In this document: in pieces, positions 18,704 through 29,828 of the stretch
How the letters are laid out: every line of letters begins with the position of its first letter
Position numbering within the stretch: the first letter of the stretch is position 1
Made by a program: the position numbers and the translations under genes
Notes under the pieces: generated by a model
Told to the model about the DNA's origin: nothing
Databases searched by the model: none
Seen by the model: the letters and a program-made list of their open reading frames with translations, nothing else
Assembly: GCA_021513715.1 (NCBI GenBank)
Contig: CP084167.1
Span: 3,200,001 to 3,264,000 of the forward strand
Direction: 5' to 3'
DNA from: Candidatus Heimdallarchaeum endolithica
GTDB lineage: Archaea > Asgardarchaeota > Heimdallarchaeia > Heimdallarchaeales > Heimdallarchaeaceae
DNA length: 64,000 nt

Positions 18704-19764
18704 CAGAACCACAAATATTGGGCAGGAATGAAAATATTTGCTAGTAATCCAAAAATAAGGGTAAGTCCTGAAAGTCGAATTAAATGAAATGCGAATCCTA
18801 CATACCATAAAGGCCATATTGGCCATTCTTCTGGTGGTTCTTTTGGTTTAGGCTTCAGATAATTTTTTGCTACAAAGATGTATCTCGGTATAGAAATGAA
18901 TGTTAACACTAGCCCAATTCCTTGGTATTTTAAAGCTATAAGGATGATTATTATAATATAAAATAGCCCCATTAAAACAATATTTGTTATTCTTGCATTT
19001 TTTTCGCCTATAATAACAGGTAAAGTCTTTATTCCTTTTTTCTTATCTGGTTCATATTTATCTATATGCTTTCCAAATAGTATAGTTGTAACAATTAAAG
19101 CGTAAGGTATTGTAGCTATCCAAACCCAATGGGATATTTGAGCTAAAGTTGAGACATAGAATGTTCCTCCGATCATTAAAGGACCCCAAATAATAAATAC
19201 TGCAGGTTCTCCCAAACCATGTTTTTTCAGGTTTAATGGTGGGGCAACATAAAACACGCTTATGAATATCCCTGCTAAAGCAAAGAATAATACGTACCAG
19301 TTTACTGTAAGCATAAAATAAATTAAAATCCCAACATCTATAAGATTTAGAGCTAGAGCCAGAAGAATAAGCTTTCTTTTTGATATAAGCCCTGTTAATA
19401 TAGGGTGAGGAGCATACATTGCTCTTGCATATTCGTCGTCATCTATGCCTTGTTTTAGGTCAAAAAAGTCGTTGATTATATTATTTACAGCATGAGCAAT
19501 AACAATTCCTATAGTACTGAGTATCCAGTTTAACCAACTTATTTGTTTTGTTAATGAAAGAGCCAATAATCCTCCAATGATTCCTGACATTAAAGTCATA
19601 GAAAAAACACATGAGCGGATGATTAGAAGAAATTTAGAAATAATATCCATCTCTGTGTTTTCAGGTAAGTTACATGAGCTAAGGATAGTTAACCACTTTT
19701 TTAAAAGAGAAGGTTTTTTTGTATTTTTCTCTGCGTTTACTTCTTCTGTCATTTCACCAGTCAT
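18700..19764 (-). CDS. menA: UbiA-family prenyltransferase (MenA-like)
   Basis: NIINDFFDLKQGID motif, YVAPP..LK..GLGE, D.Y..DKKKGIKTLPV; multi-TM. Confidence 0.8.
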   Translation of the reverse strand: MTGEMTEEVNAEKNTKKPSLLKKWLTILSSCNLPENTEMDIISKFLLIIRSCVFSMTLMSGIIGGLLALSLTKQISWLNWILSTIGIVIAHAVNNIINDFFDLKQGIDDDEYARAMYAPHPILTGLISKRKLILLALALNLIDVGILIYFMLTVNWYVLFFALAGIFISVFYVAPPLNLKKHGLGEPAVFIIWGPLMIGGTFYVSTLAQISHWVWIATIPYALIVTTILFGKHIDKYEPDKKKGIKTLPVIIGEKNARITNIVLMGLFYIIIIILIALKYQGIGLVLTFISIPRYIFVAKNYLKPKPKEPPEEWPIWPLWYVGFAFHLIRLSGLTLIFGLLANIFIPAQYLWFW

Positions 19765-19831
19765 GTCAAGTAAAAAAATAGTAAGTTAAAAGGATTATTA
19801 GATAAAAAAAGAAAAGAAATGAAAGATCATT

Positions 19832-20288
19832 TTATCTCTTTTTTATTATTGAAGCTAGAGAAACTCCAAGAATTGAGAATACTACAACAGAAAATGTCCA
19901 TCCTGGTAAATCAAATGTTAATGTAGTAGTTTTTGTATTAGAGTTTTCAGTATTTTTTATTTCTAATATTTTATCTGATATATCTTCGGTAATCAAACCA
20001 TCTTCAGTCTGTGCTATAACCTTTACGAGATAATTTTCGCCGTCTTCAACTGTTGTTGTATCCAATAAAAGCAAAGGAATAACAGCTCCTTCAGATAACA
20101 AGTTCCAGCTTATTCCTTTATCTCTAGAATAATAGACATTGTAGATAATCTCTTCTTCAAGAGAATCTATAGTTTCTATCCTTTCTATTTTAACTGTACC
20201 AGATAAAACTTCTCCTCCGCTGGGACTCTTGATTCTTGGTGGAATTAGGTAATGTTCTTTTGATTTGTTATTTATTGTTGTTATAATA
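19832..20288 (-). pseudogene. 5'-truncated remnant of a membrane-anchored surface protein
   Basis: Open frame extends upstream of the tracked ORF (PPRIKSPSGGEVLSGTV..YNVYYSRD.GISW) with no start or signal peptide; cut at the tnpB fragment. Confidence 0.65.
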
Positions 20289-20423
20289 GACGAAAGAGGA
20301 ACATCTTCTCATTGTTCCCGTTGTGGAAAAGAAGTTTCTCGTCCCGTCAGAGGATTAGTATACTGTCCCTTTTGTAACTATACTTACCACTCTGATTTAA
20401 CAGGGGCTAAATATTACTTGTAA
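20289..20423 (+). pseudogene. tnpB: tnpB C-terminal fragment
   Basis: Reads DERGTSSHCSRCGKEVSRPVRGLVYCPFCNYTYHSDLTGAK: TnpB Zn ribbon plus RuvC-III. Confidence 0.8.
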
Positions 20424-20429
20424 GTTCCT

Positions 20430-20782
20430 TAGTCATCTTTTTCGTCCCCGTGCTACAACTATTACTAATTACTTTACTGGTTAAAAATTCAGTTTTATTA
20501 AGTTCGACAAACTTTGTAAAAAGTAAATCATCGTTGTCAGAGCATTTTCGATAAGTATGAGTCTAACGACTAAGAAAAGAAAAAGTGTAGGTGCATAGGA
20601 TTGAGGAAAATGAACAATAATTTGATGAAAATGATAATCAAGCATCTTTTTTCTTTTTCAGAAATTGTTAGCTCGTAAGGTTCAAATGCTTTGGCTTTTG
20701 CTCCACAAGCAGGACATTAATCTTTTATCTCCCCTTCTGTTGTAATAAAACCACAAACTTTACAACGAATATATTTAGTCAA
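20430..20782 (-). pseudogene. Rubredoxin-like Zn-finger + membrane protein pseudogene
   Basis: TTG 20782 reads TKYIRCKVCGFI..KD*CPACGA..FEPY, then a frameshift into HQIIVHFPQ and hydrophobic segments. Confidence 0.7.
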
Positions 20783-20874
20783 AGTCAATCGTTATGATTC
20801 TCTTCCTATAATTAAATAAGATTTGGATTAAAATTTTGCTCCATTAGCATTAAATAAAATGAATAAAGAAAAAA

Positions 20875-22131
20875 TCAAACTTGGTCAATGATCCAAAAAA
20901 TCCAATATACTATTATGAAAATGACCCCGATTACACTCACAATTCGTTTTTTTCCTTCTAAAAGTTTGATTGCAGAAAGGTTAACAGCTGCGAATATAAG
21001 CATAAATATTAAACTAGCAGCTGTTGCTACTGTTTCTATGTTGAAAAACAATATGAATATTATGCTCATTACTCCTGAAATAACAATTGCCCGAGTTGGT
21101 ACTCTAGTTTTACTGTTTATTTCTGATATTTTTGCAGGTATAACTCCTTCATGACTTAGCATATAGGATAGACGAGAAGAGCCTAGTAATGTTGCATTTA
21201 TTGCTGAAGCTGTTGATATAATAGCAGCTACTGCCATAAGAAAAGTTCCAGCAATAGGAAAAAAAGATTGTGCAGAGACTGTAAGAATTACTTCTCCCAT
21301 TTCTTCATTGATGTTAGCCATTCCTAAGACTCCTACTGTAACAATTGCGACAGAAACATAAATTATGAGAACTATAATTATTGAGACAAACATCCCTATT
21401 GGAAGATCTCTTTGAGGATTCTTCATCTCTTCTACAGAATTTGTAAGAATCTCAAAACCTTCCATAGCAACAAAAATTAACACAGAACTAATTAAAACAC
21501 CATAAACTCCTGTGTCACTGAAGAAAGGCTGGAAATTAGATTTTTTCACTGCAGTTAATCCCATTATAATATAAACTAGTAAGATTGTTACTTTCAGAAA
21601 AACAAGAAAATTTTGCATTTTTGATGATTCTTTAACTCCTAGAAGGTTAATAATTATAAATATAGTAACACTTAGTAGTTGGAAAGCGAAAGCAAGAATT
21701 GGAGTATTTAAAAAAGCTGGAAAAAAGATTTTTGTTTCTAAAAAGGATTTATGTCCAAAATTAAAAATTTCTGCAAAATACCTTCCAAAAGTCATCGCAT
21801 ATAAACTAACAGAAAAGCTATATCCAAACCATAATAAAATTCCAAGTGTCCCTGAAAAAAAATTAGATTTAAAAGCTTCTTTTGCGTAAATAAAAGCTCC
21901 CCCAGCTTTAGGATATTTGAGAGCTAAAAAAGTATAACTATAGGCCGTGAAAGTACTAACAACAGCTGCAAGTATAAAAGCTAAAAAAGCAGCAGGTCCA
22001 CTTTTAATAATTACAAGACCTAGAATCGAAAATACTCCACCACCGATAAGTGCTCCAACAGCTATTCCTAGTGCCTCTTTTAGGCCTAGTTCTTTGGATA
22101 ACTCTATCAGTGCTCCTTCTTTTGTATCCAT
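20875..22131 (-). CDS. APC-family amino acid permease
   Basis: GALIGGGVFS, YPKAGGAFIY, GFE...EEMKNPQRDLP; about 12 TM. Confidence 0.92.
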   Translation of the reverse strand: MDTKEGALIELSKELGLKEALGIAVGALIGGGVFSILGLVIIKSGPAAFLAFILAAVVSTFTAYSYTFLALKYPKAGGAFIYAKEAFKSNFFSGTLGILLWFGYSFSVSLYAMTFGRYFAEIFNFGHKSFLETKIFFPAFLNTPILAFAFQLLSVTIFIIINLLGVKESSKMQNFLVFLKVTILLVYIIMGLTAVKKSNFQPFFSDTGVYGVLISSVLIFVAMEGFEILTNSVEEMKNPQRDLPIGMFVSIIIVLIIYVSVAIVTVGVLGMANINEEMGEVILTVSAQSFFPIAGTFLMAVAAIISTASAINATLLGSSRLSYMLSHEGVIPAKISEINSKTRVPTRAIVISGVMSIIFILFFNIETVATAASLIFMLIFAAVNLSAIKLLEGKKRIVSVIGVIFIIVYWIFWIIDQV

Positions 22132-22267
22132 AGAATCAACTATGTTCGCAAATATTTACGATTTAAGAATTTTGCGATAATAAAAAATAAAATAGAAGAA
22201 TTCAACTTTTTATAGATTAAAAAAGAGATAGTGCAGTTTGTGAAAAACCACACTCTTAAAAGTTAAT

Positions 22268-22613
22268 TCACAAACCAGCTATTACTAGTAGTATTCCTCC
22301 AATAAGAACTAGTATCACTGCTAGTCCTCCACCTATGATATCTAATATTATGAAAATTATCCCTGTAACTAATTCTTTAAGCCTAAACCTATCTATTGAA
22401 ATTAACACTGTAATAATGCCAACAACAAACAAGATTATAGCTGTGATAATTGTATTTGCTATGTTTCCACTTACTGATATAGCTGTAAATAATGATACAA
22501 TGCTTGAGAGGATGTCACCTAATAGCATAAGAACACCCAAGTGCGATCCATAATATTCCACCAATTAAAGCTAGTATTCTCCCCCACTTTGCTAAATTAG
22601 CTTTGTTTGTCAT
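22268..22613 (-). pseudogene. Small membrane protein, apparently frameshifted
   Basis: ATG 22613 reads MTNKANLAKWGRILALIGGILWIALG, then shifts into the tracked hydrophobic frame. Confidence 0.55.
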
Positions 22614-22691
22614 AGTATATTGAATTATAATTCAGTTATTAAAAAACATTTTTTAGAAATGGAATTATTATCTTTTTAGATGTTTTTACTT

Positions 22692-23579
22692 TTATGATTC
22701 CTTCATATGGTGTATAACTACGCTTGGATTCAACAACTTATCTCTAATTTTACAAGACAAAGGCCGTGAAAGAAAACTAAGAAATGATTCATTTTTTGTT
22801 CTACCAATTATTACTAAATCTGGTTCATCTTTTTCAAAAATATATTCTAGCGTGCTAAAAACATCATGTCCTAAAACTATTTTGGTTTTTAATATTCTAC
22901 CAAATATCTCTTCATACTGGTTAACATATTTTTCGAATTCTAGGTTTTCTTTTTTAATTTCTTTTTCATTTACTGCTTGATCAAGAGGAATAACCTCAGG
23001 AACAATATTTACATGATAAACATTTATTGTGGCATTTTTTTGAGGAGCAGCTATTGCAGAAGCCCATCGTAGAAGAAAGGGGTCACGATTGGAGTAAGGT
23101 AGAAGAATAGCTATCTTTTTCATTTTTGTTGCTAGTTTTTCTAATTTTGGGGGAAAAACTTGCAAAATTTCTGCTTCGATGTTTTTTATTACTTGATTAG
23201 AAACGCTGTTAACTATAATTTTATCAAAAAAAGATGGTTTTCGTCTAGCTGCCATGATAACTAATCTATATTTATGTCTGTTCCAATATTCTATTACTGC
23301 TTTTGCAATTTGCTTGTTTTTAATGTAGGTTAAATCATAGTTTATTTTGTACTTATTGAGTTTAGCAAGATAGTTGTCTATGAAGGAATTTAATGCTCTT
23401 CCCACGTGAATAATATCTAATTTAGCCCCATATTCATGAGCAATATAGAATGCGACATCCATAGCTGTTTTTTCAAAACTTTTCCCACCAAGCGGAAGCA
23501 AAATTTTGTTCAAAGTAATAAAAAATTCATCTTGAAAATCAGGTTTTATTTTTCTCAAAGTTCTTGCTTTGTCACTCAT
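22692..23579 (-). CDS. Tandem universal stress protein (USP) domain protein
   Basis: Two KI(L/A)(L/I)LP...(H) units with LVI(M/I)(A/G) strands. Confidence 0.8.
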   Translation of the reverse strand: MSDKARTLRKIKPDFQDEFFITLNKILLPLGGKSFEKTAMDVAFYIAHEYGAKLDIIHVGRALNSFIDNYLAKLNKYKINYDLTYIKNKQIAKAVIEYWNRHKYRLVIMAARRKPSFFDKIIVNSVSNQVIKNIEAEILQVFPPKLEKLATKMKKIAILLPYSNRDPFLLRWASAIAAPQKNATINVYHVNIVPEVIPLDQAVNEKEIKKENLEFEKYVNQYEEIFGRILKTKIVLGHDVFSTLEYIFEKDEPDLVIIGRTKNESFLSFLSRPLSCKIRDKLLNPSVVIHHMKES

Positions 23580-23731
23580 TCATTGCTCCCAATATAGAAC
23601 GGCTTTAATTTTATTTAAACTTATTCCTACATATGTAAGAATTGTTAAACTAACGGAAGAAAAACTTTCTTGTTTTCTGTTTGTAAATTTACACAGAATA
23701 TTTAAATAAAAAAAAGAAGAATTAGGCTATT

Positions 23732-24373
23732 ATGACTTCAAAAATTGTAGATCTGTATCTAGGAGGATTAATCTTTAATAAGACTAAAGTTGAGAAAATT
23801 GTTTCAGACAAATCAGTTACATGTCTATCTTGGATTGCAATACTAATTTACATGTTACTTGAACCCATTTTTTCGCTGATTTCAGGTAAGCCTGCAGGAC
23901 ATAGTGCTTTTGTTCGTTATACTAATCTAACTGGTTTCTGGCTGTTCTTTGCTGTTTTTATTAGTACATTTATAGCTACTGTTGGTTTTGCAATTATTTT
24001 ATTGGTTTTTTTCAAATTATTTGAAGTGACTGGTGTTCTTATAAGACGACTACTAAAAAACCAAAGAAAGAGAGTAAAGAAGAAGCTAATGAAGCAATGC
24101 TAACTTTTTATGGTTTTATTCGAGTTGTAGCTGTAGGTGTAGTATGGAAGTATATCGGAGCAATAGGCGTTCTTTTCAGTGGTACTCCAAAAACAATAAT
24201 AACAGGACTAGGTTTCTTTGCTTCACTGTTTAGCATGGGTTTTGCTTCACAACGTTATAGTAAAAATCAGTTATAACTGTAATCATAATCACAATTCTTA
24301 CATTCCTAATTAGTTTTGAATTAGCAGTAATATGGAGTGATATTCTAGAAAAACTATTAGGTTTAACAAAATA
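23732..24373 (+). pseudogene. Membrane protein (Yip1-like?), frameshifted
   Basis: Hydrophobic coding continues in other frames after 24050 (TFYGFIRVVAVG...; VITVIIITILTFLISFELAVIW..LTK*). Confidence 0.5.
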
Positions 24374-24446
24374 AATCAATAAAAATTAATTTTACATTTT
24401 ATCTTTACTTTTTTTAAAAAATTTGTTATTAAAAATGTTTGAGAGG

Positions 24447-25457
24447 TTAGATGTTCTCTCTAAGATCAATTATATGTTCTGAAGATGGTCCTGTACCAAT
24501 TAAACTCACTTTAACCCTTGTTTCTTTCTCTACCTTGTCAATGAACTCTTGAGCCTTTCCTTTAATTTGATCAATTGAAGTCGCTCCCTTCAATTCAGGA
24601 AAAACTATATCGAATTTTGTTAGAGCTATTTGTGTTGCTCCATTTAATCTTACTGATTTTTTTGCAAGGTCAAAATTAAATGGTGCAGCTCTCCTGGGAC
24701 GGCCTGTTACTGCACCGTATTCTACCCATCCTCTTTTTTCCATTTCTTCTAAGGATAGTTCTCCTGGAAGTTCTCCTTCTCCAACTCTAGTTATAAAAGC
24801 TTTCATCACCACTAATACTTCATCTACTTTTGTTGGTCCTACACCTAGATCAGAACAAATACCTGCAGAGCAAGTGTCGTGTGAAGTGACATAAGGATAT
24901 GAACCATGATAAAGAGATAAAAAGGCTGCTTGACTTCCTTCAGCAATAATTGTTTCGCCAGATTCAAGAGTTTCATTCATTTCTAGGCTTACATCTGTTA
25001 GATATTTTTTTAATTCCGGGATATCTCTTGCTAACTTTAATATTCGCATTGCTCTATCCATATTAGCTGGTCCGCATCCACTTCCTGTTGTTCCAATTTT
25101 TCCAGATAAATGTTTGTCTTTTGTATCCATCTCAATATGCTTTCGTTCAATTATTCCAGATTGAAAATCAACCTTGAGTCTATCTTCAGTTTTTGTTTTT
25201 TTTATTTCTTGAAGTAGGACATTAGGATTTACTAGCACTCCCGCTCCTATGAGCAGTTTTGCTTTAGTATTAACGAAACCAGAAGGAACCATTCTTAACT
25301 TGTACTCAATACCATTATGTTGTATTGTATGTCCTGCGTTAGGTCCAGTTCCAGCTCGAGCAATGATTGAGGGGTAATCTTTTATTGCTAAATAAGAACA
25401 AATTTTTCCTTTTCCTTCGTCTCCCCAAAATCCTCCAGCTATAATTGTAAACGTCAT
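24447..25457 (-). CDS. purA: Adenylosuccinate synthetase (short archaeal type)
   Basis: GGFWGDEGKGK, GPNAGHT, GTTGSGCGP, EYGAVTGRPRR. Confidence 0.97.
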   Translation of the reverse strand: MTFTIIAGGFWGDEGKGKICSYLAIKDYPSIIARAGTGPNAGHTIQHNGIEYKLRMVPSGFVNTKAKLLIGAGVLVNPNVLLQEIKKTKTEDRLKVDFQSGIIERKHIEMDTKDKHLSGKIGTTGSGCGPANMDRAMRILKLARDIPELKKYLTDVSLEMNETLESGETIIAEGSQAAFLSLYHGSYPYVTSHDTCSAGICSDLGVGPTKVDEVLVVMKAFITRVGEGELPGELSLEEMEKRGWVEYGAVTGRPRRAAPFNFDLAKKSVRLNGATQIALTKFDIVFPELKGATSIDQIKGKAQEFIDKVEKETRVKVSLIGTGPSSEHIIDLRENI

Positions 25458-25637
25458 TTGACCAAGAATAAATTTTTAATATTTTAAATTAATTGATAGC
25501 TAATAATTTTATTTTTTTTTAAACTTCAATTTTTTCATAATTTTTCTGATTTATTAAACTTCTTTTATTATTTTATTTTCATTATTTCTTTACAAATCTA
25601 CGAAAAACTAATAAAGTTAAAATTTGTCTTTTAGATT

Positions 25638-26201
25638 ATGTCAGCATTTGGCGTTGTCAAAATTGTGCTACTTGGAGACTATGCTGCTGGAAAAACAACT
25701 CTAAAAAGAAGTTTTATGGGTCTTCACTTAGACGAAGTTTATCTGAGCACTTTAGGGGTTGATTTAGCTTCATATCATTTCGTTGATGAGACTTTTGATT
25801 TAGAGTATCAAATATGGGATCTAGGAGGACAACCCGAATTTAAGACTATTCGTGTTCAACAATATAAAGGCACAGAAGGAGGGTTACTTGTTTTTAATAA
25901 ATCAAGAATAGAAACTTTTGAACATTTGAAAGATTGGTTAGAGGAGCTTAGTAGCTCTATCAGCAATCGTATTCCTGTTTTTTTAATAGGAAATAAATCT
26001 GATCTTCTATCTCCTGAAGAAAATCTTGAATTCGACAGAAAAGCAGAGAAATTTATAGATGATAATCAACTAACTTATTCAGAGATTGACCTTAAAGGGT
26101 ATTTTGCCACTTGTGCTCTGACAGGAGAAAATGTTAGAGAAGCTTTTTTAGCTCTTGGTAAAGAAATTATTAAAATAAAGAGTGATAGAATGCTTATTTA
26201 A
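25638..26201 (+). CDS. Ras/Rab-like small GTPase
   Basis: GDYAAGKT, STLG, WDLGGQ, GNKSD, TCALTG (G1-G5); no prenylation motif. Confidence 0.93.
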   Translation: MSAFGVVKIVLLGDYAAGKTTLKRSFMGLHLDEVYLSTLGVDLASYHFVDETFDLEYQIWDLGGQPEFKTIRVQQYKGTEGGLLVFNKSRIETFEHLKDWLEELSSSISNRIPVFLIGNKSDLLSPEENLEFDRKAEKFIDDNQLTYSEIDLKGYFATCALTGENVREAFLALGKEIIKIKSDRMLI

Positions 26202-26296
26202 CAGTGAAAAATGTTGTTTTTTTTCCATTGTTTCCTCTATAATAAAACACAACATTCTTATTGATAATTTTTTAAAGCCTTATAACATTAAATATT

Positions 26297-27205
26297 GTGA
26301 TAATTATGGCATCTTTCTTGGGACAAATGATTGTTTCTTTATTACCATTACTCGTTTTTCTAGGTCTCTATATCGGTTTTTTTATATGGGGAAGATTTGC
26401 AAATAAAAAAATAAAAGAACAAAGATTAGATGATGTATTAACAGCTTTGGAACTTTATAATGATAATCATGTAAGAAAAGATCCAAATGATAGGCAAGTA
26501 GAATTAAGATTACAGCTGAAGGACGAATTTCAAGTAAAATCTGCTTCAGCATGGATTATTCTTCTCCCTCGAACAAGTTTCCCTACAATGTTTGTAGATA
26601 AACTATTCTTTAAAAACAAAGACTCTTTTGGATTAGCAGCTAATTTTCATCATAAACCTAGAGTATTTTTTGAACTAATTCCATATAAGCTTAAGTCTGC
26701 AATTAGAAGAGATTTTGATTATTTAATTGAGCTAGATGATATTAATACAAAAGATGAGGAAATAAACAATAAATTTCTAATTAAAAGTAATAAACCTCAA
26801 GTAATTGGTCAATTTATACGAAGTAAATCTTTTATGAATATTTTACGCTCATATCCTAATGAAATACAATGGTTGAGCGTTAGAACAGATAGCCCTCATT
26901 TTGAGATGAAATTTAATTTTCCGAAGGAAAATATTGACCTATTACAACTCATAAAATTCTGTTTTCTTTCTCTAAAATTCTTTGCTAAAGTAACAGAATC
27001 AACAAAAAATCAACCTGTTCCTGTTATTATCCCTCCCAAAAAACTGACTGAAAAAGAAAAGGCAAAAAAAGAAAAAGAAAGACAAAAGGAGAAAGAAAGG
27101 ATAATAAAAGAGCAGAAAAAAAAGCGTGAAAAAGAAGAGAAGGAAATAAAAAAGAAGAAAAATCAAAAAACGCAAGTTACTACTACAAAGAAAAAACGAA
27201 AATAA
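26297..27205 (+). CDS. Single-TM protein with C-terminal Lys/Glu coiled coil (tentatively CCDC47/DUF1682-like)
   Basis: TM followed by WGRFANKK, a globular domain and a K/E-rich tail; family call is by resemblance only. Confidence 0.55.
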   Translation: MIIMASFLGQMIVSLLPLLVFLGLYIGFFIWGRFANKKIKEQRLDDVLTALELYNDNHVRKDPNDRQVELRLQLKDEFQVKSASAWIILLPRTSFPTMFVDKLFFKNKDSFGLAANFHHKPRVFFELIPYKLKSAIRRDFDYLIELDDINTKDEEINNKFLIKSNKPQVIGQFIRSKSFMNILRSYPNEIQWLSVRTDSPHFEMKFNFPKENIDLLQLIKFCFLSLKFFAKVTESTKNQPVPVIIPPKKLTEKEKAKKEKERQKEKERIIKEQKKKREKEEKEIKKKKNQKTQVTTTKKKRK

Positions 27206-27306
27206 AAATGAGTAGTTTTTTTTGTTTTTTTCATTATAGTTTAAGAATTTTAAAGAATTTAAATTATAGTTTTAACTTTGATAAAAAGTGAAAAAGTAAT
27301 TGAGTT

Positions 27307-28737
27307 TTATTGTTGAATTGTTATTTCATAAAGAACTATATTTTCAGGGGTTCTAAATGAGACTGTCACATTACCGTTATTAAACTGTAAATCAGCAAAA
27401 CCAAAGTGGGTATTGTCAAAAAATAAGGAATTTTCAGTATAATAGGTTGGATCAAGATCCAAAAGGCCACCCATTGTTCCAACAATAAAATAATTTACTT
27501 CATTTTGATTTATATGTTCCATCTGATGATTATGACCTGAAAAAACTAAATCAACACCGTATTTAAAGAAAAGATCTTGAAAAGTACTTATCATATCTTG
27601 ATTATCGTACCAAGGTATTCCATCATATTCTGTACTTGAAGAGTAATAGTATGCATGATTCATAACAATAATCCAGTCATCAGGGTTAAGACTCTTTAAT
27701 CTATTCTCGAACCACTCTCGCTGTGCTCTAGTGTATGTTTCTGTTCCCCATTCTAGATCCAAAGTAAATATATGGATATTAGATCCAAAATCGTATTGGT
27801 GCCATAATTGTGAATCGCTTGAGTTATTGGGTGCATTTTGGGGATAAAAATATTCTTTCCAAAATTCTACTCCTCCAAACCAACCATCATGATTTCCAAT
27901 TATATTGCGGTAAGGAATTAATGTAGTATATTTAGAGAAAAGCTCTATTTGTTCTTTATATAAACTGTCATCATTACCCATCTCCACAATGTCTCCTAAA
28001 CAGAAAAATGCATTATATCCATTGTCTGATGAAGATAGTTGCTCGAGAATAAGTTTGGTTGCAGTAATATTATTGTCTTCTGCTCCTATATGGGGGTCAG
28101 AACTGATTGCAAAACGTAAATTCTCTATTGATGCAGGAAAGTATGTAAAATTATATACTTGACCTACTCCATTAATCTGATAGAAATACTGTGTGTTAGG
28201 AATTAAGTCAGCTAGAACGAAAACATGAGTTCTTGTTTTTCCTTGTTCTGTTATTTTGTTAGTCATAATTGGTGTGGGTCCAAAGAGGAGATAATTTGTC
28301 GAAGCTTTTTGTGTATAAAATATAACTGCTAAGTTTGGATAACCACTTGCTCCAGGTTGATCAATTATCATTAGTTCTGGAGCTTTATCACCTACATGGT
28401 GATAGGGTTTAAGATAGACCAAATACGCACTAGGTAAAATGATACCTGCTAAAACTAGTATATAAATATATTTTCCTGGTATTTTCTTTGGGATTTTAAG
28501 TTTTTTTAGCCTAATAATAAAATCTGAAATAAACCCAAGTGGGATAATTACTGCAACAAGGCAGATTATAATAAATAGTTTGGCTTGGGAAGGATTCCAT
28601 TTGAATAGATGCATGTTTCTAGGTAATAAAACAACCCATACTACTAGTGCTAGTGTTGAAAACGACAAAATGAAGCTAACTAGAACAAAGTAGCGTTTTA
28701 GTGGTTTCCATTCTTGTATTAGTTCTTTAATTTTCAT
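27307..28737 (-). CDS. Membrane-anchored purple acid phosphatase-like metallophosphoesterase
   Basis: SDPH, GDIV, GNHD and FSGHNH motifs; FN3-like domain; 3 N-terminal TMs. Confidence 0.88.
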   Translation of the reverse strand: MKIKELIQEWKPLKRYFVLVSFILSFSTLALVVWVVLLPRNMHLFKWNPSQAKLFIIICLVAVIIPLGFISDFIIRLKKLKIPKKIPGKYIYILVLAGIILPSAYLVYLKPYHHVGDKAPELMIIDQPGASGYPNLAVIFYTQKASTNYLLFGPTPIMTNKITEQGKTRTHVFVLADLIPNTQYFYQINGVGQVYNFTYFPASIENLRFAISSDPHIGAEDNNITATKLILEQLSSSDNGYNAFFCLGDIVEMGNDDSLYKEQIELFSKYTTLIPYRNIIGNHDGWFGGVEFWKEYFYPQNAPNNSSDSQLWHQYDFGSNIHIFTLDLEWGTETYTRAQREWFENRLKSLNPDDWIIVMNHAYYYSSSTEYDGIPWYDNQDMISTFQDLFFKYGVDLVFSGHNHQMEHINQNEVNYFIVGTMGGLLDLDPTYYTENSLFFDNTHFGFADLQFNNGNVTVSFRTPENIVLYEITIQQ

Positions 28738-28969
28738 ATAATCACTATTAAAGAAATTCTTCCATATCTTTTAAAAAAATTTAGTTACTTTAAAGTAAAA
28801 TAAAGGAATGGAGGACCTGAACAAAGATTGAAATAATTTCTACTTATATTTCATTTTCTGAAGCAATGTTTAAAAAGGTTTATTTTTCAAAATTGTTGAG
28901 TTCAATTTCTATAATTTATTTTATTCTCTCTATTACATCTATTTCAAATATATTGATTAATTTAAAAAA

Positions 28970-29827
28970 GTGATAGTTGTGAAAATTATCTTAGATAGTT
29001 CATGTGATTTACCAGAAGAGTATGTAAAAAAATATGACATAAAAATAGCTCCTGTTTCAATTATAATGGATGGAAAAACATATCGCGACAGGTTTGAAGT
29101 AACTGCTGAAGAGTTTTATGCAGTTTTAAGAGAAAAGAGAGAAAATCTGCCAACAACTTCAGGAACAAGTCCAATGGAGTTTTATAATTGCATATTAGAT
29201 TGCACCAAATCTGATAACTCTGTACTAGTAGCTACAATTTCTTCGAATTTATCAACAACATGGCAATCTGCAAATATTGCAATCAAACGATTCAAAGATA
29301 AATCAATTCATTTAATTGATTCTTTGTCTGGTTCTGGAGCTTTAGGACTTCTAGGTTTAGCTGCTTCAAAATTATGTGAAAAGGGAGAAAAAGATGAAGA
29401 AATTATAAGAAAAGTGAATGACATTCAAAAGAAAACTGTTACAATGGGTTATGTTGATGACCTTTATAATTTACAAAAAAGTGGCCGTATCTCTCAATTC
29501 AAATATTATTTATCCAATCTTTTAAATGCTAAACCAGTAATGCGAGTAAAAGATGGTTTTATTGTTCCACTCGATAAAGCAAGAGGAAAAATTAAAGCAA
29601 TTGAGAAACTAATAAGACATTTATTTAAAGCAATAAAATCAATAAATGAAACAGATTTGGATTGTATGATTACTCATAGTGACGACCTTGAAACTGCAGA
29701 ATACATCATGAATAAACTAGACAGTAAACTGAATTTTAATGAAAAAATAATTAGTTTTCTTACACCTGCTCTAGCTGTGCATTTAGGTATTGGAACGATT
29801 GTCGTTTCTGTTGCTCCTTCACCTTGA
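28970..29827 (+). CDS. DegV-family fatty-acid-binding protein
   Basis: DSSCDL, PTTS, ISSNLS, L.KSGRIS, HLGIG motifs. Confidence 0.92.
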   Translation: MIVVKIILDSSCDLPEEYVKKYDIKIAPVSIIMDGKTYRDRFEVTAEEFYAVLREKRENLPTTSGTSPMEFYNCILDCTKSDNSVLVATISSNLSTTWQSANIAIKRFKDKSIHLIDSLSGSGALGLLGLAASKLCEKGEKDEEIIRKVNDIQKKTVTMGYVDDLYNLQKSGRISQFKYYLSNLLNAKPVMRVKDGFIVPLDKARGKIKAIEKLIRHLFKAIKSINETDLDCMITHSDDLETAEYIMNKLDSKLNFNEKIISFLTPALAVHLGIGTIVVSVAPSP

Positions 29828-29828
29828 T

